A DNA stretch of 63,293 nt, the filler included, from Octopus bimaculoides (taxonomy: Eukaryota): NCBI RefSeq assembly GCF_001194135.2. It is 5 parts of 4 records of this genome, joined end to end, with 100 filler letters (N's around TTAATTAATTAA, not from the genome) between each part and the next. Parts side by side here need not be neighbours in the genome. Positions count along the whole stretch, not along the records: positions 21,855 to 38,098 come from NC_068989.1; positions 38,199 to 50,821 come from NC_069001.1; 3 more parts are not named here. One strand, given 5' to 3'. This document shows, piece after piece, positions 25,460 to 39,259 of the stretch. A program made the position numbers and the translations under genes. Position 1 is the first letter of the stretch. Each line of letters opens with the position of its first letter. The notes under the pieces were generated by a model. That model searched no databases. It worked only from the letters and a program-made list of their open reading frames with translations, and had not been told where the DNA came from.

Positions 25460-25756
25460 CAGGGTGTCCACAAAGTTTGGGTACATGGGGATTAACACAT
25501 ACTTTAAGAAATTATTATTCCTTATATTTAATTGTTTATGTTATGATTTTATTTACCCCATTTACCCGCATGGGGATTAACACATACTTTAAGAAATTAT
25601 TATTCCTTATATCTAATTGTTTATGTTATGATTTTATTTACTCCATGTACCCACATGGGGATTAACACATACTTTAAGAAATTATTATTCCTTATATTTA
25701 ATTGTTTATGTTATGATTTTATTTACTCCATGTACCCAGACCTTGTGGACACCCTG
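25460..25756. mobile_element. Tc1/mariner-type MITE with triplicated 85-bp core
   Basis: TIRs cagggtgtccacaaagtttgggtacatgg / ccatgtacccagaccttgtggacaccctg, flanked by TA on both sides; units start at 25484, 25569 and 25654. Confidence 0.9.
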
Positions 25757-26745
25757 TATATCTCACCTCAACTTTCACTGAAGCTATCGGACTTCTTCAT
25801 CTTGACCTTCTCTTTTTCTTCCTTCCTTTCTTTNNNNNNNNNNNNNNNNNNNNNNNNNNNNNNNNNNNNNNNNNNNNNNNNNNNNNNNNNNNNNNNNNNN
25901 NNNNNNNNNNNNNNNNNNNNNNNNNNNNNNNNNNNNNNNNNNNNNNNNNNNNNNNNNNNNNNNNNNNNNNNNNNNNNNNNNNNNNNNNNNNNNNNNNNNN
26001 NNNNNNNNNNNNNNNNNNNNNNNNNNNNNNNNNNNNNNNNNNNNNNNNNNNNNNNNNNNNNNNNNNNNNNNNNNNNNNNNNNNNNNNNNNNNNNNNNNNN
26101 NNNNNNNNNNNNNNNNNNNNNNNNNNNNNNNNNNNNNNNNNNNNNNNNNNNNNNNNNNNNNNNNNNNNNNNNNNNNNNNNNNNNNNNNNNNNNNNNNNNN
26201 NNNNNNNNNNNNNNNNNNNNNNNNNNNNNNNNNNNNNNNNNNNNNNNNNNNNNNNNNNNNNNNNNNNNNNNNNNNNNNNNNNNNNNNNNNNNNNNNNNNN
26301 NNNNNNNNNNNNNNNNNNNNNNNNNNNNNNNNNNNNNNNNNNNNNNNNNNNNNNNNNNNNNNNNNNNNNNNNNNNNNNNNNNNNNNNNNNNNNNNNNNNN
26401 NNNNNNNNNNNNNNNNNNNNNNNNNNNNNNNNNNNNNNNNNNNNNNNNNNNNNNNNNNNNNNNNNNNNNNNNNNNNNNNNNNNNNNNNNNNNNNNNNNNN
26501 NNNNNNNNNNNNNNNNNNNNNNNNNNNNNNNNNNNNNNNNNNNNNNNNNNNNNNNNNNNNNNNNNNNNNNNNNNNNNNNNNNNNNNNNNNNNNNNNNNNN
26601 TGTGTGTGTGTGTGCATGTGTATGTGTATTGTGTGTGTTGTGTGTGTATGCATGTGTGTGTATTTTGTGTGTGTATTTTGTGTGTGTTTGTGTGTGTGCG
26701 CGCGCGGGCGCTTGGGGCGAGCGTGTAGCTAGCTATCAAGACAGG

Positions 26746-26787
<42 letters not shown>

Positions 26788-27442
26788 TGAGAGTGTGTCT
26801 GTGTGTACGTGTGTTTTCTGTGTGCATGTTTCTACATGTGTGTGTAGATAGATAGATAGATAGATAGGAGAATGTGTGTGTACATGTGCTTGTGTGTGTG
26901 TTTGTGTGTGCATGTCTTCGTATTTGTGTGTGTTTGTGTATGTGTATGTCTTTGCATGCGTGTGTGTTTGTGTGTGTTAGTGTGTATGTTTATTTGTGTA
27001 TGTATGACTCCAAACATATTAAGCGAACTACAAAATATTCCCACGAATTTTGGAGTTGAGTGAAGTTAATATTTCTCGGAAGCAAACTCAGTAAACAGAA
27101 GTTAGGATGTTTAGAGTAACAACATACTTTTGCATGAAACAAAAAATATACAACAGAGTTTAACATCTGATAAAAAGCTACATGATACAAATATACGAAG
27201 AAATCAAGTTTGTTTAGATCTTGTCTTGTACAACTATATCAGTACACCTGAACTTCAATGTTTAAAGTTTACTATTTGGTTGCGGTACTTCGTTGCAAGT
27301 AAAAACTAATGAAGCTGGAGTGCATGGTATAGTACAGAGGTGAGGAAACCCCTGCCCACGGGCGCAATTGCCCCCGCTAGTTCATTTTATTTCACCCGTA
27401 GGCTGATATACTCGTATGTACAAAATATACTTTTTTTTTTAG

Positions 27443-27836
27443 TTTTACTTGTTTCAGTCATTTGAGTGTGGCCATGCTGGAGGATCGCCTTTTAGTCGAG
27501 TAAATCGACCCCAGGACTTATTCTTTGTAAGCCTAGTACTTATTCTATCGGTCTGTTTTGCCGAACCGCTAAGTTACGGGGACGTAAACACACCAGCATC
27601 GGTTGTCAAGCGATGTTGGGGGGACAAACACAGACACACAAACATACATACACACAAATACACACATATATACGACGGGCTTCTTTCAGTTTCCGTCTAC
27701 CAAATCCACTCACAAGGCTTTGGTCGGCCCGTGGCTATAGTAGAAGACACTTGCCCAAGGTGCCACGCAGTGGGACTGAACCCGGAACCGTGTGGTTCGT
27801 AAGCAAGCTACTTGCTACACAGCCACTCCTACGCCT
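27443..27836 (-). mobile_element. tRNA-derived SINE family B, full length, with internal (AC)-rich microsatellite
   Basis: Minus-strand head aggcgtaggagtggctgtgtagcaagtagcttgc...ccgggttcagtcccactgcgtggcaccttgggcaagtgtcttc; co-linear with 59848-60306. Confidence 0.9.
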
Positions 27837-28817
27837 TTTCCGGTTATAAAATTTATTCAATATTCGTATGCCTATTTGCGACATAGGTCGCGTTTCCACA
27901 ACGACTTAAAATAGTTGGACTCGAACAGAAAATCGTCTGGTAATTGCTATTTGAAAGGAAATTTTGTTTTCACTATAAAACACATATTGCTAGGTTTGCA
28001 CCATCCCTTTGAGACCCAGCTACACTCTAGCTGAAAATATAGACACCTCATAAGTAATATAAATGTCCTAAATTCAGTGGCTGCGTTAATGAAGATGTTA
28101 CGCGTTAATTTAATGTGTTAAACTTATCTTTAATGTATATCGTATTATACATAGATATATACAAGATCTACACATCTTTTACACATTATCCAATGATCTA
28201 TTCCTATTTGAGCAGAGCGATCAACCACGTAGAGCCTCCATTGGAGGCTCGAGGGTGATGTCATTTGAACACACGACCGTTTAGGTTAGTTGCCAAGTCT
28301 TCAAAATCTAATTAGAACTTTAGTTTTGATCTAATTGATTAACTCTAGCTTATCTCAGTATCTAATCTAAAGATAGTTGTTATCGTGGTACGCAGTCTTA
28401 AGCAGGAGCATTGTCTTTTTTTACCTCCAGAGACACGAGAATGCCTCTTTATTTAGCTCGACTGCGCCAGTTATATTTTCGTATCCGGTATATCAAGAAA
28501 TTTAGTAGAAATTTCCTAATACGAATAGAACTGATAATTGATTGTCTAAACCGAAATCGGAAACTTTAGAGTGATTGACTTCACTTGACTACAAATATCG
28601 CTGGAACTTGTCAATAGAATTTCTGACTTTCTTCACTGTTTTGTGCGGAACTACGTCACATAGTTAACAAATGGTCTTTTTACGAATCACACTTTGAAGT
28701 GGACAAATTAACTGACAGAATGGACAGCAGTAGCTGTCTACTCTACAATGATATCCTGATTGAGTTTGTTTCAACATCTGTTTACTTAAATGTTATAGAT
28801 TCACTTCATCACATCGC

Positions 28818-29080
<263 letters not shown>

Positions 29081-29599
29081 ATCTAATCTATCTATATTTG
29101 TCTTAAATGTCGTTTTATGTCTTCCTTCACGCCTTTTATCTCTCGTTCAAACACTCGTTTTTTTGTCTTTGTTCTTGCTCCCATTTATTTACATTTATCT
29201 CATATTTACTTTCTGTTTTCTTTCGCTTCTCATCCCAAACTCCTCAGATCCATACACCTTCTCGTTCTTTCTTCTCTCTATGTTTCCCTATCTACCCCTG
29301 TCTCTGTCTATCTCTCCCACATACTTTTATATACTCGTATGCAGCCACACAAACATCCACACTCACTTTCGGCGTGTTTTCATTCTCTCGCCATTGTTTT
29401 TACTCATTATATTCTCACCGCCTCTTCCTGTTCATTCCTTCTTCATAGACATACCATTTTAACACCATCCTTACCTCTTTCTGTCATAGGATGAAAATAT
29501 TATTCAGATTAACTACCATTCGCTGGATTCGAAACAACGAAACACATTGTTATTTGCAAACATTCACAAAAACTATGATCAAAATCAATAGGATATAAA

Positions 29600-29830
29600 A
29601 TATGAAGATAGAAATAATACTTGTCAATGGTGTACCAGGACTCACGACAGAGGGAATGGAAAGTTCACTAACCGTATCTCGGACGACATGAATATTTAAA
29701 GCTGTTCAGATCGCACTGCTTGGAAAAGTTCATACACTATGGTGCAGGTTATCAATCATATGACGTCTTCACTTTAGCATCTAAGGTTCATCGTTTAGAT
29801 CTGGCCTTACAGGATATAAAACAAGAAGTA
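29600..29830 (+). mobile_element. Possible R4/Dong-like 3' end remnant
   Basis: KAVQIALLGKVHTLWCRLSI resembles the terminal IQKxxLLxTAxILRKxLSI motif of the copy ending at 17353. Confidence 0.45.
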
Positions 29831-29859
29831 CAAAAGTAACTATACTAACCCTTAAAAAT

Positions 29860-30196
29860 TTTGGTACAATGCCAGCAGTTTCAGAGGGGAGAGGTGAGTC
29901 GATTGCATCGACCCTAGTTATCAGTTAGTACTTTAGTTTGCGGAACCTGAAAAGATGAAAAGCCAAGTCGACCTCGACGGTATTTCAACGAACATAATGT
30001 AACGAACCCGAAGAAATGCCATTAAATACTATTGTCTAGTGAGCTAACGTTTCTTATTTCTTTATTGCCCACAAGGGGCTAAACATAGAGGGGATAAACA
30101 AGGACAGACAAAGGGATTAAGTCGATTACATCGACTCCAGTGCGTAACTGGTACTTAATTTATCGACCCCCGAAAGGATGAAAGGCAAAGTCGACC
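29860..30196 (-). mobile_element. SINE family A dimer (diverged)
   Basis: Reverse-complement SINE-A units with the same ctaacgtttcttatttctttattgcccacaaggggc junction. Confidence 0.85.
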
Positions 30197-30849
30197 AGGG
30201 TAGCGGTTGGCCCACTAGGAGTGGGAGGCTCCTCTGTTGTTGTCTAGTTGACTATTTCTTCTTTTCGAGTTTATGTTGTCCATGTTCAGAGAGTGAACAA
30301 GACTGATACCGTTTTAGTGACCCTCTGACGAATGAAAATAAAGTCAGTTCCGGTAAATATAGAAGTTTTAAAAAACCTAGATATTATAGAGTATTTAGTT
30401 TTGTTTCTCTTCATATATAATTCTACCATTAGCACAAGGATACATATTTTAGGAGTGGATACGAACAATAAAACATACCCATTTATTTTATTTGTTTTTT
30501 AACCATCATTTAGGCTGTAAAAAGATGTAGTTTTATTATCATGAAATTTATTTCTATGAATTTTTAAAAACTGACAATCTATAATGAAAAGAATTTTTGA
30601 ACTAAATTTTTGAGAAATAAATTTTTTTAAAAATATTTTCAAAGGTGAACTATTTTCTGCCATTAAAGTAATAAACCCCATAAAAATATCGGTGTCATTT
30701 AATCGCACATTTATTCTATATCATTTTGTTTCATAAAAACAAAAAATATTTTGTATGTTCAATAAAACAACCATTTATAATCATACATTATTTTTCTAAT
30801 ATAACACACATAACAGAACCTTCTGCTGGCATCTAGAAAATTTATAACG

Positions 30850-31520
30850 TCAATGAGATCCTTGTGGCTGATGTTGTTTTGCAAGCGTTTCATTATGAGG
30901 CCCAATAGTTGTTAGAGACAAACGAAGATCACCGATAGTTACTATTTCTGATTAGGAGCTTTTTGGTAGAAGGAAAGGCACTCGGTCAAAACCTAACTCA
31001 AGTAGGTAAGAAGTAGGAAAGGAGTGCCAAAGCAATAGGAATTTCATTGCAATTTCATTACATGTGCACAGTTATTGAGCCCATGACTAAATTTAGCTTG
31101 AGCAGGTTGATTACTCTGCAATTCAATAGATTTTCTAGTAGTCTTATATCAACATCAGTTGCGTTTGCCCCATATGAGCATATTACCCAACTTGGAATAT
31201 TTATTTCCAGTAGAGCTTTCAACGTAATTTCTGTATGATTGTGCAATTTCTTCAAGTTTTCAATGTACACTAAAACACCATTCTCTTACAGCTCATCCTC
31301 AATAGGAGTTAAGTATGGTCCATGCCATCGACTCCTCACGCCCTCTATTTATTCTGAATAGATTAAATTTTCCAAGAAAAGTACGTCTAAGCTCTTTGCA
31401 AATTAAACTATTTGTATTTTTACCTTGTAGCTGTTTCTTCAGCAAATTTAGCTTCACAAATATATCTGAAAGGTAGAGTATATCACATTTTGCAGTTATG
31501 ATCTCTTATTACAAGCTCCC
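30850..31520 (-). pseudogene. hAT (Buster/Charlie, ZBED5-like) transposase C-terminal remnant
   Basis: CDILYLSDIFVKLNLLKKQLQGKN, IPSWVICSYG, FPTSYLLELGF, and frameshifted GDLRLSLTT...KQHQPQGSH. Confidence 0.75.
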
Positions 31521-31789
31521 GTCAGAAATATTACACGTTCCAGCCAGAAATATTACAATACTGTCCGAAAGTTTAACAATTGACCCAGGCAATTACCCTT
31601 AGAGATTGTCACCAGATATATGAACTTCAAAGTAGGAATATAATATGGGATTCATATTGGCCTTTCCATTGCCAACTTGATATTCTATACTTAATGATAA
31701 ATTGTTATCGAAGTGCACATTTTAAAGAATTACAGATTGTAATAGAAATTTTTAGGGGAAAAAAGGTGGTAGCTATGTGCGCTCCACTT

Positions 31790-32105
31790 CACTGAACCTG
31801 TGTCCAACACCAATTTCCAAAATTATCGTCGCATGTGTCATTCTGGCCTCCTCAAAAGCTTTCACTCCACTCCACACTTTTGTTCACTATCCAGCTCGAT
31901 CAGAAGCAAGGGTTTCTATAGCCTTTGGGTCCATTTCAAATGACCTCATGGTAGTTCTTATGCCGTCCTTAAACCTCTTTTTAGGTTTACACCGATTGCG
32001 TTTCCCCCTCTGCAAAATCGCCATAAAACAGCTGTTTGAGTGTGCTTTCATCTGCCATTCGAACTATATAGCCAGGCTAACTCATTTGATTTTTCAGAAT
32101 CATTG
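31790..32105 (-). mobile_element. RTE-clade LINE 3' ORF remnant
   Basis: GYIVRMADESTLKQLFYGDFAEGKRNRCKPKKRFKD...ETLASDR matches the RTE C-terminal WAGHVVRM...KQLxYGE...RxKD motif. Confidence 0.8.
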
Positions 32106-32759
32106 CTACATACATACATACATGCATACATACATACATACATACATATCTAGGATAATAAAAATCTGCAAGATCTTTAATCTTGAAGAATTGTATAATA
32201 GACGTTGGAAAGAAAACAGCTTCTCATCTTTTTTTCTTTGCTTTAAAAGCTTGCAGTCTGGCAGGTGTCTTGTCGAAATATATAATAAAAATTCAGTCAG
32301 AAAGAGAAACACACACACACACACACACACACATTCATATATGCATACGTGTGTACGCACGTACATATATACATATGTACGTACATGCATATATACATAT
32401 ATACAATTCTTAATAGCTAGTTTCACAAGAGCAATAAACCAGTATAACCTATAAGTTCTTTATTGACGATGACAAGAATTACGTTAAAAATATCCTTGAT
32501 GCTCAGAAACAGCTGAATTTAATAGCAACGTTTTTCAGTTTATGTAGAGATGGAATTTGTCCAAGAGAAAATTTCATACTTAGTATATGAGCGAACATTG
32601 AAAAATTTGCTTTCCAAACCAATAACTTTGACATCAACTGATTCTATATCTCGGCCCTTCCACACAATAAATACAACAAACACATGAGTATTGATGAAAA
32701 TGTATCATATAAATGTGCTTCGAACAACGTAACAGAGTGTAAATACCAGATTTTCAAAT

Positions 32760-32960
32760 CTAATTCTTTTTAATTCTAGCACACGGTAGGAAATTTTAAC
32801 GGGTGGAGGAAAGTCGATATTTCCCCCAGTACTTGAATGGTACTTTTTTATTGACCCCGAAAGAATGAAAGGCAAAGTCGACCTCGGCTGTATTTGAACT
32901 CAGAATGTAATGAGTCAGAAGAAATGCCGCAGAGCATTTTGTCCGACGTGCTAACCACTC
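32760..32960 (-). mobile_element. SINE family A monomer (diverged)
   Basis: gaccccgaaagaatgaaaggcaaagtcgacctcggctgtatttgaactcagaa. Confidence 0.85.
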
Positions 32961-32982
32961 AACCATTCGCTGCGTAATAATA

Positions 32983-33408
32983 GTGTCCTGATGCAATACC
33001 AGGCAGTGGCTCTCATGACAGGAAATATTATCATGTACATGTTTTGTCTTGGTATAAAAGGTGGGTTACAGCAAATATTCTGCTCAATACCACAGATTTG
33101 CTTGTCACTTCTTTGACCTTAACCAGTTAAGTATGTCCCTTAGCGACTGACGATATGTGCATCTTTGATCATGAGCAGAAGTAGTGGGGGAATTCTTTGG
33201 GATTTGAATAATTTCCCTCTAGAAACAAGGCTGTTTCATTCATGCGCCTTTTATCTTTGATATGAGATCACCATGTCGCGCACGTATGGTTGTGATGCAT
33301 GCGCCTGGTGTACCCTTATCAGAAGGGTAGTCATGATGGGTATACTTCGTATATTTGTATCCCAGTGTCACTTTGATGGCATGCACTGCTCTCTCACTCA
33401 ATAATAAT
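32983..33408 (+). mobile_element. Family E repeat, internally deleted copy
   Basis: taataata-gtgtcctgatgcaataccaggcagtggctctcatg...ctctctcactcaataataat. Confidence 0.88.
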
Positions 33409-33479
33409 GGACTTCCCCACGGAAGACGACGCATGAGTGTTTAGTTTTTGCCGAACGACTTGCTCAAATGATTTGTTCC

Positions 33480-33654
33480 TGGTGATCAAGTGTTTGTGCT
33501 GCATATTAGTTCACTCATCCATCAAATCAACGTTGCCTGAACACATGCACAGTGTACCACGCGTCATGTGTCGAAGTGATCGCAGTGCAACGTGAGATGG
33601 AATGTTTTTGCTCAAGAACACAACGGGCCACCCGGTCTAAGAATTGAAACCACG

Positions 33655-33656
<2 letters not shown>
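33480..33656 (-). mobile_element. SINE family D-related fragment
   Basis: tgcaacgtgagatggaatgtttttgctcaagaacacaacgggccacccggtctaagaattgaaaccacgat resembles 14780-14850. Confidence 0.6.
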
Positions 33657-33694
<38 letters not shown>

Positions 33695-33879
33695 TAATAA
33701 TAATAATAATTCTATATCATTATCGTGTGTTTGTGAGGGAATTTGAGAATGACGACAACATAGGCAGGAGGTTTGCAATCAAAGGACAGAAGTTAGTTGC
33801 TAAAATATGCAATGGAAAAGTACGATAGTAGAATCTCTGTCTAACCGAAAATTTCAGATTGTTTCATATTTTTCTGAGC

Positions 33880-34170
33880 ATTGCTGCGTGGTTAAGATGC
33901 TCACGTTGCAACCACGTAGTTTCGAGTTCAGGCCCACTGCACAGCACCTGCGGTAGACAAAGCTCTTGTTAGTGAATTCGGTAGACGGAAACTGGAAACT
34001 GTGTGGAAGCCCGTCGTGTAAATACGTGTGTATGTGTCTTGGTATTTCCATTTGTATCCCGACCACTTACTTGACAACTGGTGTTGGTTTGTTTACGGCT
34101 TCTTGATTTAGCGGTCGCGCGAAAGAATAAGCACCAGACTTAACAAAATAAGTTCTGGAGTCGATTTGTT
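33880..34170 (+). mobile_element. SINE family B-related, diverged
   Basis: gctgcgtggttaagatgctc...ttcgagttcaggcccactgc...gtgaattcggtagacggaaactggaaac...gaataagcaccagacttaacaaaataagttctggagtcgatttg. Confidence 0.7.
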
Positions 34171-35484
34171 TCACCGAATCTTTCAAAAGAAAACGAGTAA
34201 AAAATAAACGATAAATATAGATGTACTTTTTTCGCTCTTTGATAATGATTTCTCAACATAAGAAAAATAAACAATGAGATGATTCTCTCCCCTTAAGTAG
34301 CACGCTTTCCCCTTCAGTAGCAATTCCCAGTAAATCCACTTCGTGTTTAGAAAAGATAAATATATATACTTCGAGGTAATACCGCCATCTTGTGACGGAG
34401 GTAGTTCCTTTCTATGCGTCATGATGTCCTTATTAAAACTATGTACAGTACCATTCGTATGAAATTACTTCTGACGCTCAATTTCTTTACGTATTTTAAC
34501 ACAAGGTGTATTAATAGTACTTTCGTATCCAACTCTTCTAAGTGTTAATTGTTTTTTCTTTCTACATATTTATTTGGGACAGAAAACACACACAAACAGA
34601 AAATAATGTACTTTTATGGATGGCAGCTCCCCAGCAGATGTAATACGTTTATTTAAAATCGTTTAGAAATTAAAGCACATACGCACAGCTTCAGAAAGCT
34701 CTCTGTTTGTTTTTACTTAGGTTTGAAAGAACATTTGTCATAATATCCACTGGCGTTCTTTGTCATGTTACAAAATATTTAAGCAAAATTCTTTGAAATT
34801 TGAGACATGCATACAAACATGAAGGAAAAGAATTTAGTACATAAAATAGAGTTATTTTGATAGGAATTGAAATTGAAATTTTATACTACCGTTACTCAGG
34901 GCTTCGCCTTACCGATTTTCTATACGACTCTGCCGTAACGAAAGTGGGACTGCGAAACACGCAATAACTACAACGCACTAATGATTCAGTTTACACATGC
35001 ACACATACACACACGCTCCACACATACTCACTCATACACGCACACACATACACACATACACGCGTATGCACACACACACACACACACACAAACGCACACA
35101 TACACCAGGACTCCCCAAGGAGCAATGGTAAATTGTATCTATCAGAACAAAATAGAAAAAACATGAAGCGGTTCATTGAAAAAGTGGTTCATGGCTACTT
35201 GGCACAAAAGGCGCAAGCCATAGAGGGAATAAAACATGTCAAAAGCGCCGCGGCATGGAATACCGACAGGTTTATGACATCTCACTTTGTAGGTTACCTC
35301 TATGCAATTTCAGAATAAGAGATTCCCACAAACTACACGCAACATAAAGCAACAAATGTAGGTTGACAAAACTAAATCTGAAAACATGAACGACATTATT
35401 GCCAACCGCGGGAGAATGTTTTTCTAGATATTATCTTTCCATGAGACATGGAACAGTCTGGAACAGAATACGAAAAAGGAAATT

Positions 35485-35830
35485 ATTAAAAAAAGTCGAT
35501 TATAAGGATGAAAGGCACAGTCGACCTCGGCGGAATTTGAACTCAGAACGTAAAAACAGACAAAATACTGCTAAGCATTTCGCCCGGCGTGCTAACGTTT
35601 CTTTTTTCTTTATTACCCACAAGGGGCTAAACATAGATGGGACAAACAAGGACAGACAAAGGGATTAAGTCGATTACATCGACCCCAGTGCATAACTGAT
35701 ACTTTATCGACTCCGAAAGGATGAAAGGCACAGTCGACCTCGGCGGAATTTGAACTCAGAACGTAAAAACAGACGAAATACCGCTAAGCATTTCGCCCGG
35801 CGTGCTAACGCTTCTGCCAGTTCACCGCCT
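35485..35830 (-). mobile_element. SINE family A dimer
   Basis: Two near-identical units gtcgacctcggcggaatttgaactcagaacgtaaaaacagac...ctaagcatttcgcccggcgtgctaacg. Confidence 0.92.
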
Positions 35831-36036
35831 TAAGTTNNNNNNNNNNNNNNNNNNNNNNNNNNNNNNNNNNNNNNNNNNNNNNNNNNNNNNNNNNNNNNNN
35901 NNNNNNNNNTATTAAAACCGCTCAGCTGTTGAAGTACACTGACCCTGTTTCTCCAGAAAAACTACGATAGTAACAATATCATCACAACCTAATAAGCAAC
36001 CGAGATGGAAGACACTTGCCCAAGGTGCCACACAGT

Positions 36037-36244
36037 GGACGAAATGCCGTAACGACGGGCGAAATGGCGTAAACACGGACGAAATGCCGTGAAGACGGAC
36101 GAAATGCCGTAAAGACGGACGAAATGCCGTAAAGAAGGACGAAATGCCGTAAAGAAGGACGAAATGCCGTGAAGACGGACGAAATGCCGTAAAGACGGAC
36201 GAAGTGTCGTAAAGACGGACGAAATGCCGTAAAGACGGACGAAA
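36037..36244. repeat. 20-bp minisatellite (ggacgaaatgccgtaaagac), 10 units plus a partial
   Basis: Units counted directly at 20-nt period. Confidence 0.95.
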
Positions 36245-36947
36245 ATGTCTGACGTGCTGATGGTTCCGCAAGCACACCAGCTTACGTAACTAAACAATAC
36301 TAAGAATTTATCCAAAACTCTAATCGCTTTGTAATCCACAGACCTGATTTATATTTAAAAAAAAAAAGGTCTGATTTATATAAAGGCCTGGTTTATATAT
36401 CAATATTGATATACATTCGGTAGTGTGTTTATAAATATTCAAATGTCGTTCGTCGTTCTAAAATACAAGATAAGAAAAAGAATAAGAAAGAAAAAAATCA
36501 AACCGCATCCAGTCTTCCTATTTTATTACTACATACTGACTTGTTTATCTTTAAGTTATCTTCAATGACAGCTCAATTACACTAAACGATTCTTTTCATA
36601 TTACGCCTTTTTATATCGCGCGGAAATGGCTAACCATAGAAATTACAAGTAAACGTTTGTATAATTGATCCCACATGGGAAACACTTAAGAAAGCTTAAG
36701 TGATGGTCTTTTTTGAAGTCTTCATTTATTATTATTATTATTTATGCCCGTTATGTATTTTCATGTATTGTCCTCTAAGAAGAAGAAAAAAGACGTACTT
36801 AGGATTACACTTTAATATTGCATCTACCGTTCTATTTATAGTTTTATACATATTGCTAGCCATCCGATCGTCCATCCACCCATCCATTCATCCATCTATC
36901 CATCCATGTCTGTCTTTCCCTCTCTTTTCGCTTCTCTCTAATTTACT

Positions 36948-36988
<41 letters not shown>

Positions 36989-37201
36989 NNNNNNNNNNNN
37001 NNNNNNNNNNNNNNNNNNNNNNNNNNNNNNNNNNNNNNNNNNNNNNNNNNNNNNNNNNNNNNNNNNNNNNNNNNNNNNNNNNNNNNNNNNNNNNNNNNNN
37101 NNNNNNNNNNNNNNNNNNNNNNNNNNNNNNNNNNNNNNNNNNNNNNNNNNNNNNNNNNNNNNNNNNNNNNNNNNNNNNNNNNNNNNNNNNNNNNNNNNNN
37201 N

Positions 37202-37234
<33 letters not shown>

Positions 37235-37889
37235 TACTTGGTATTTAGTATATATCTCTCCTTTTGTCTGGAAACTTAAATGTACTCACATACGTGAGCA
37301 CGTAGACGTCCATATAAATAATTACATACATACATACATTATATATATATATATATATATATATATACTAGCACAGACATGCACGTGAGTACGTAGACAA
37401 ATAGAAAGATGAAGAGGATGAGGAAGAGGGGAGACAAGAACTGATTCGTTTGCAGATGTCGAAATAAGCTACCAATATTTTATACGTCAGCACATACGGA
37501 ACAACACTGTAGGTCTACTTTACCACTGTCTTTCATAACACTCCAGTAGACACCAATTGAATTGTTAATGTGTATATCATTGTATTAATATATGTACATA
37601 TACGCTGGCTGTGTCTTAACCTGTGTTCGTTTATATCTGGAGGTACCCATAAGAGTGAGTCGGGGTGGCCGGTGATCAGGGAAGATGGTACTGAAATCAA
37701 AGCAATCGTAAATAATTATGTCAGCACTGTACGGATCTATGTCTTGTCTGCAAATATAATTGGCTATATCCTAGGTGAAATTAACCAGCTTTCTCTTTCC
37801 TTACATGTATGCGTGTATGTGTGCATGTATATATGCATGTACGCATGTAAGAATATATATACACACACGCATGTATATACATATATGTG

Positions 37890-37898
37890 TGTGTGTAT

Positions 37899-37929
<31 letters not shown>

Positions 37930-38098
37930 TATATATATATATATGTATGTATTATATATATATATGTATGTATTATATATATATATATATGTATGTATTA
38001 TATATATATATGTATGTATTATATATATATATGTATGTATTATATATATATATGTATGTATTATATATATATATATATGTATGTATTATATATATATA
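37890..38098. repeat. Higher-order (TA)n-tgtatgtat repeat
   Basis: Recurrent tgtatgtat spacer between variable (ta)n runs. Confidence 0.9.
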
Positions 38099-38269
38099 NN
38101 NNNNNNNNNNNNNNNNNNNNNNNNNNNNNNNNNNNNNNNNNNTTAATTAATTAANNNNNNNNNNNNNNNNNNNNNNNNNNNNNNNNNNNNNNNNNNNNTA
38201 TATGTATGTATATATTAATTTATAAGCATACATACATATATGTACATACATATATATGTATATACACAT

Positions 38270-38480
38270 GCATATATGGGCACAGGACACGACAGAACGT
38301 AAACAACATGAAATACGAAAACAACATAAAATACGAAATACGATAACATGGAATACGAACTTTCTTTTGCGAACAACGAAAGAAACAAATGGAAAACAAG
38401 ACAAGCAACATAAAAAAAACGACCCTTCATCGGTTGTCGGCTGTTTTTCTACTTCGTATTTCGAGCAATTCACGACAAGA
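38270..38480 (-). repeat. Dispersed repeat shared with 51800-51950
   Basis: gacccttcatcggttgtcggctgttt here versus gacccttcatcagttgtcggctgttt at 51910, with similar A-rich flanks. Confidence 0.65.
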
Positions 38481-38626
38481 TACATTTTCGACAAAATAGA
38501 TAGAGAGAGAGAGGGGGGGGAGAAACGTCTTCTAAATTAAAGTGATTCAAAAGTATGTGATAGTCTATATTTAGCAATTTTAATGGAATAACAACACCAA
38601 TTAGTGACGATGATGATGATGATGAC

Positions 38627-38662
<36 letters not shown>

Positions 38663-38929
38663 ACAGGTTCACATGTTTCTACTGCAACAATAAGTAACTG
38701 TTGCAATTGCAATCCTACTATAATACCGGTGCAGTTTCTTCAGGGTCTTCACTTTAATATCCATTGATTTAACTGTTTAAAGATTTTCGTTTATCTACTC
38801 TGCATTGTATGATGTGGAGTTCTTTTAGACACAAACTGCCTTTTGATTGGGTAATCACTTGTAGCCAGTCATTTCAAAACATTCTGTTGTTTAAATGTTC
38901 ATTACTCATTTATATTGAGCAAAGGTAAA

Positions 38930-39255
38930 TTTCCTCAAATGCAAGTATATTAATCACAATGTTTCTATCATAGAAACTTGTAAAGCAACCCACTTTGCAT
39001 AATGCCAGCTTGCTGAATGCACATTGGAAACTTGTTTCAACGGACCACCCTCTGAGAACTTTTCGTTTTTGTTGAAGATATTTGCAACCCTTGATTTTTA
39101 TTTAATTTATGGAGATCAGAGGGATATCCCTCTTTTTTAGGATGAAAAACTAACCCTCAACTGCATTGCTACATTTGCTCATAACTGCAGATGAATACAT
39201 TGCTTTTGACCCCCTCCTGACTTGGTATGTAGTATAAATGCATTAACAATACCCT
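38930..39255 (-). pseudogene. Possible piggyBac transposase C-terminal remnant
   Basis: IVNAFILH followed by TSFQCAFSKLALCKVGCFTSFY (like the Cys-rich C-terminal domain); abuts the hAT terminus. Confidence 0.5.
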
Positions 39256-39259
39256 TTAC

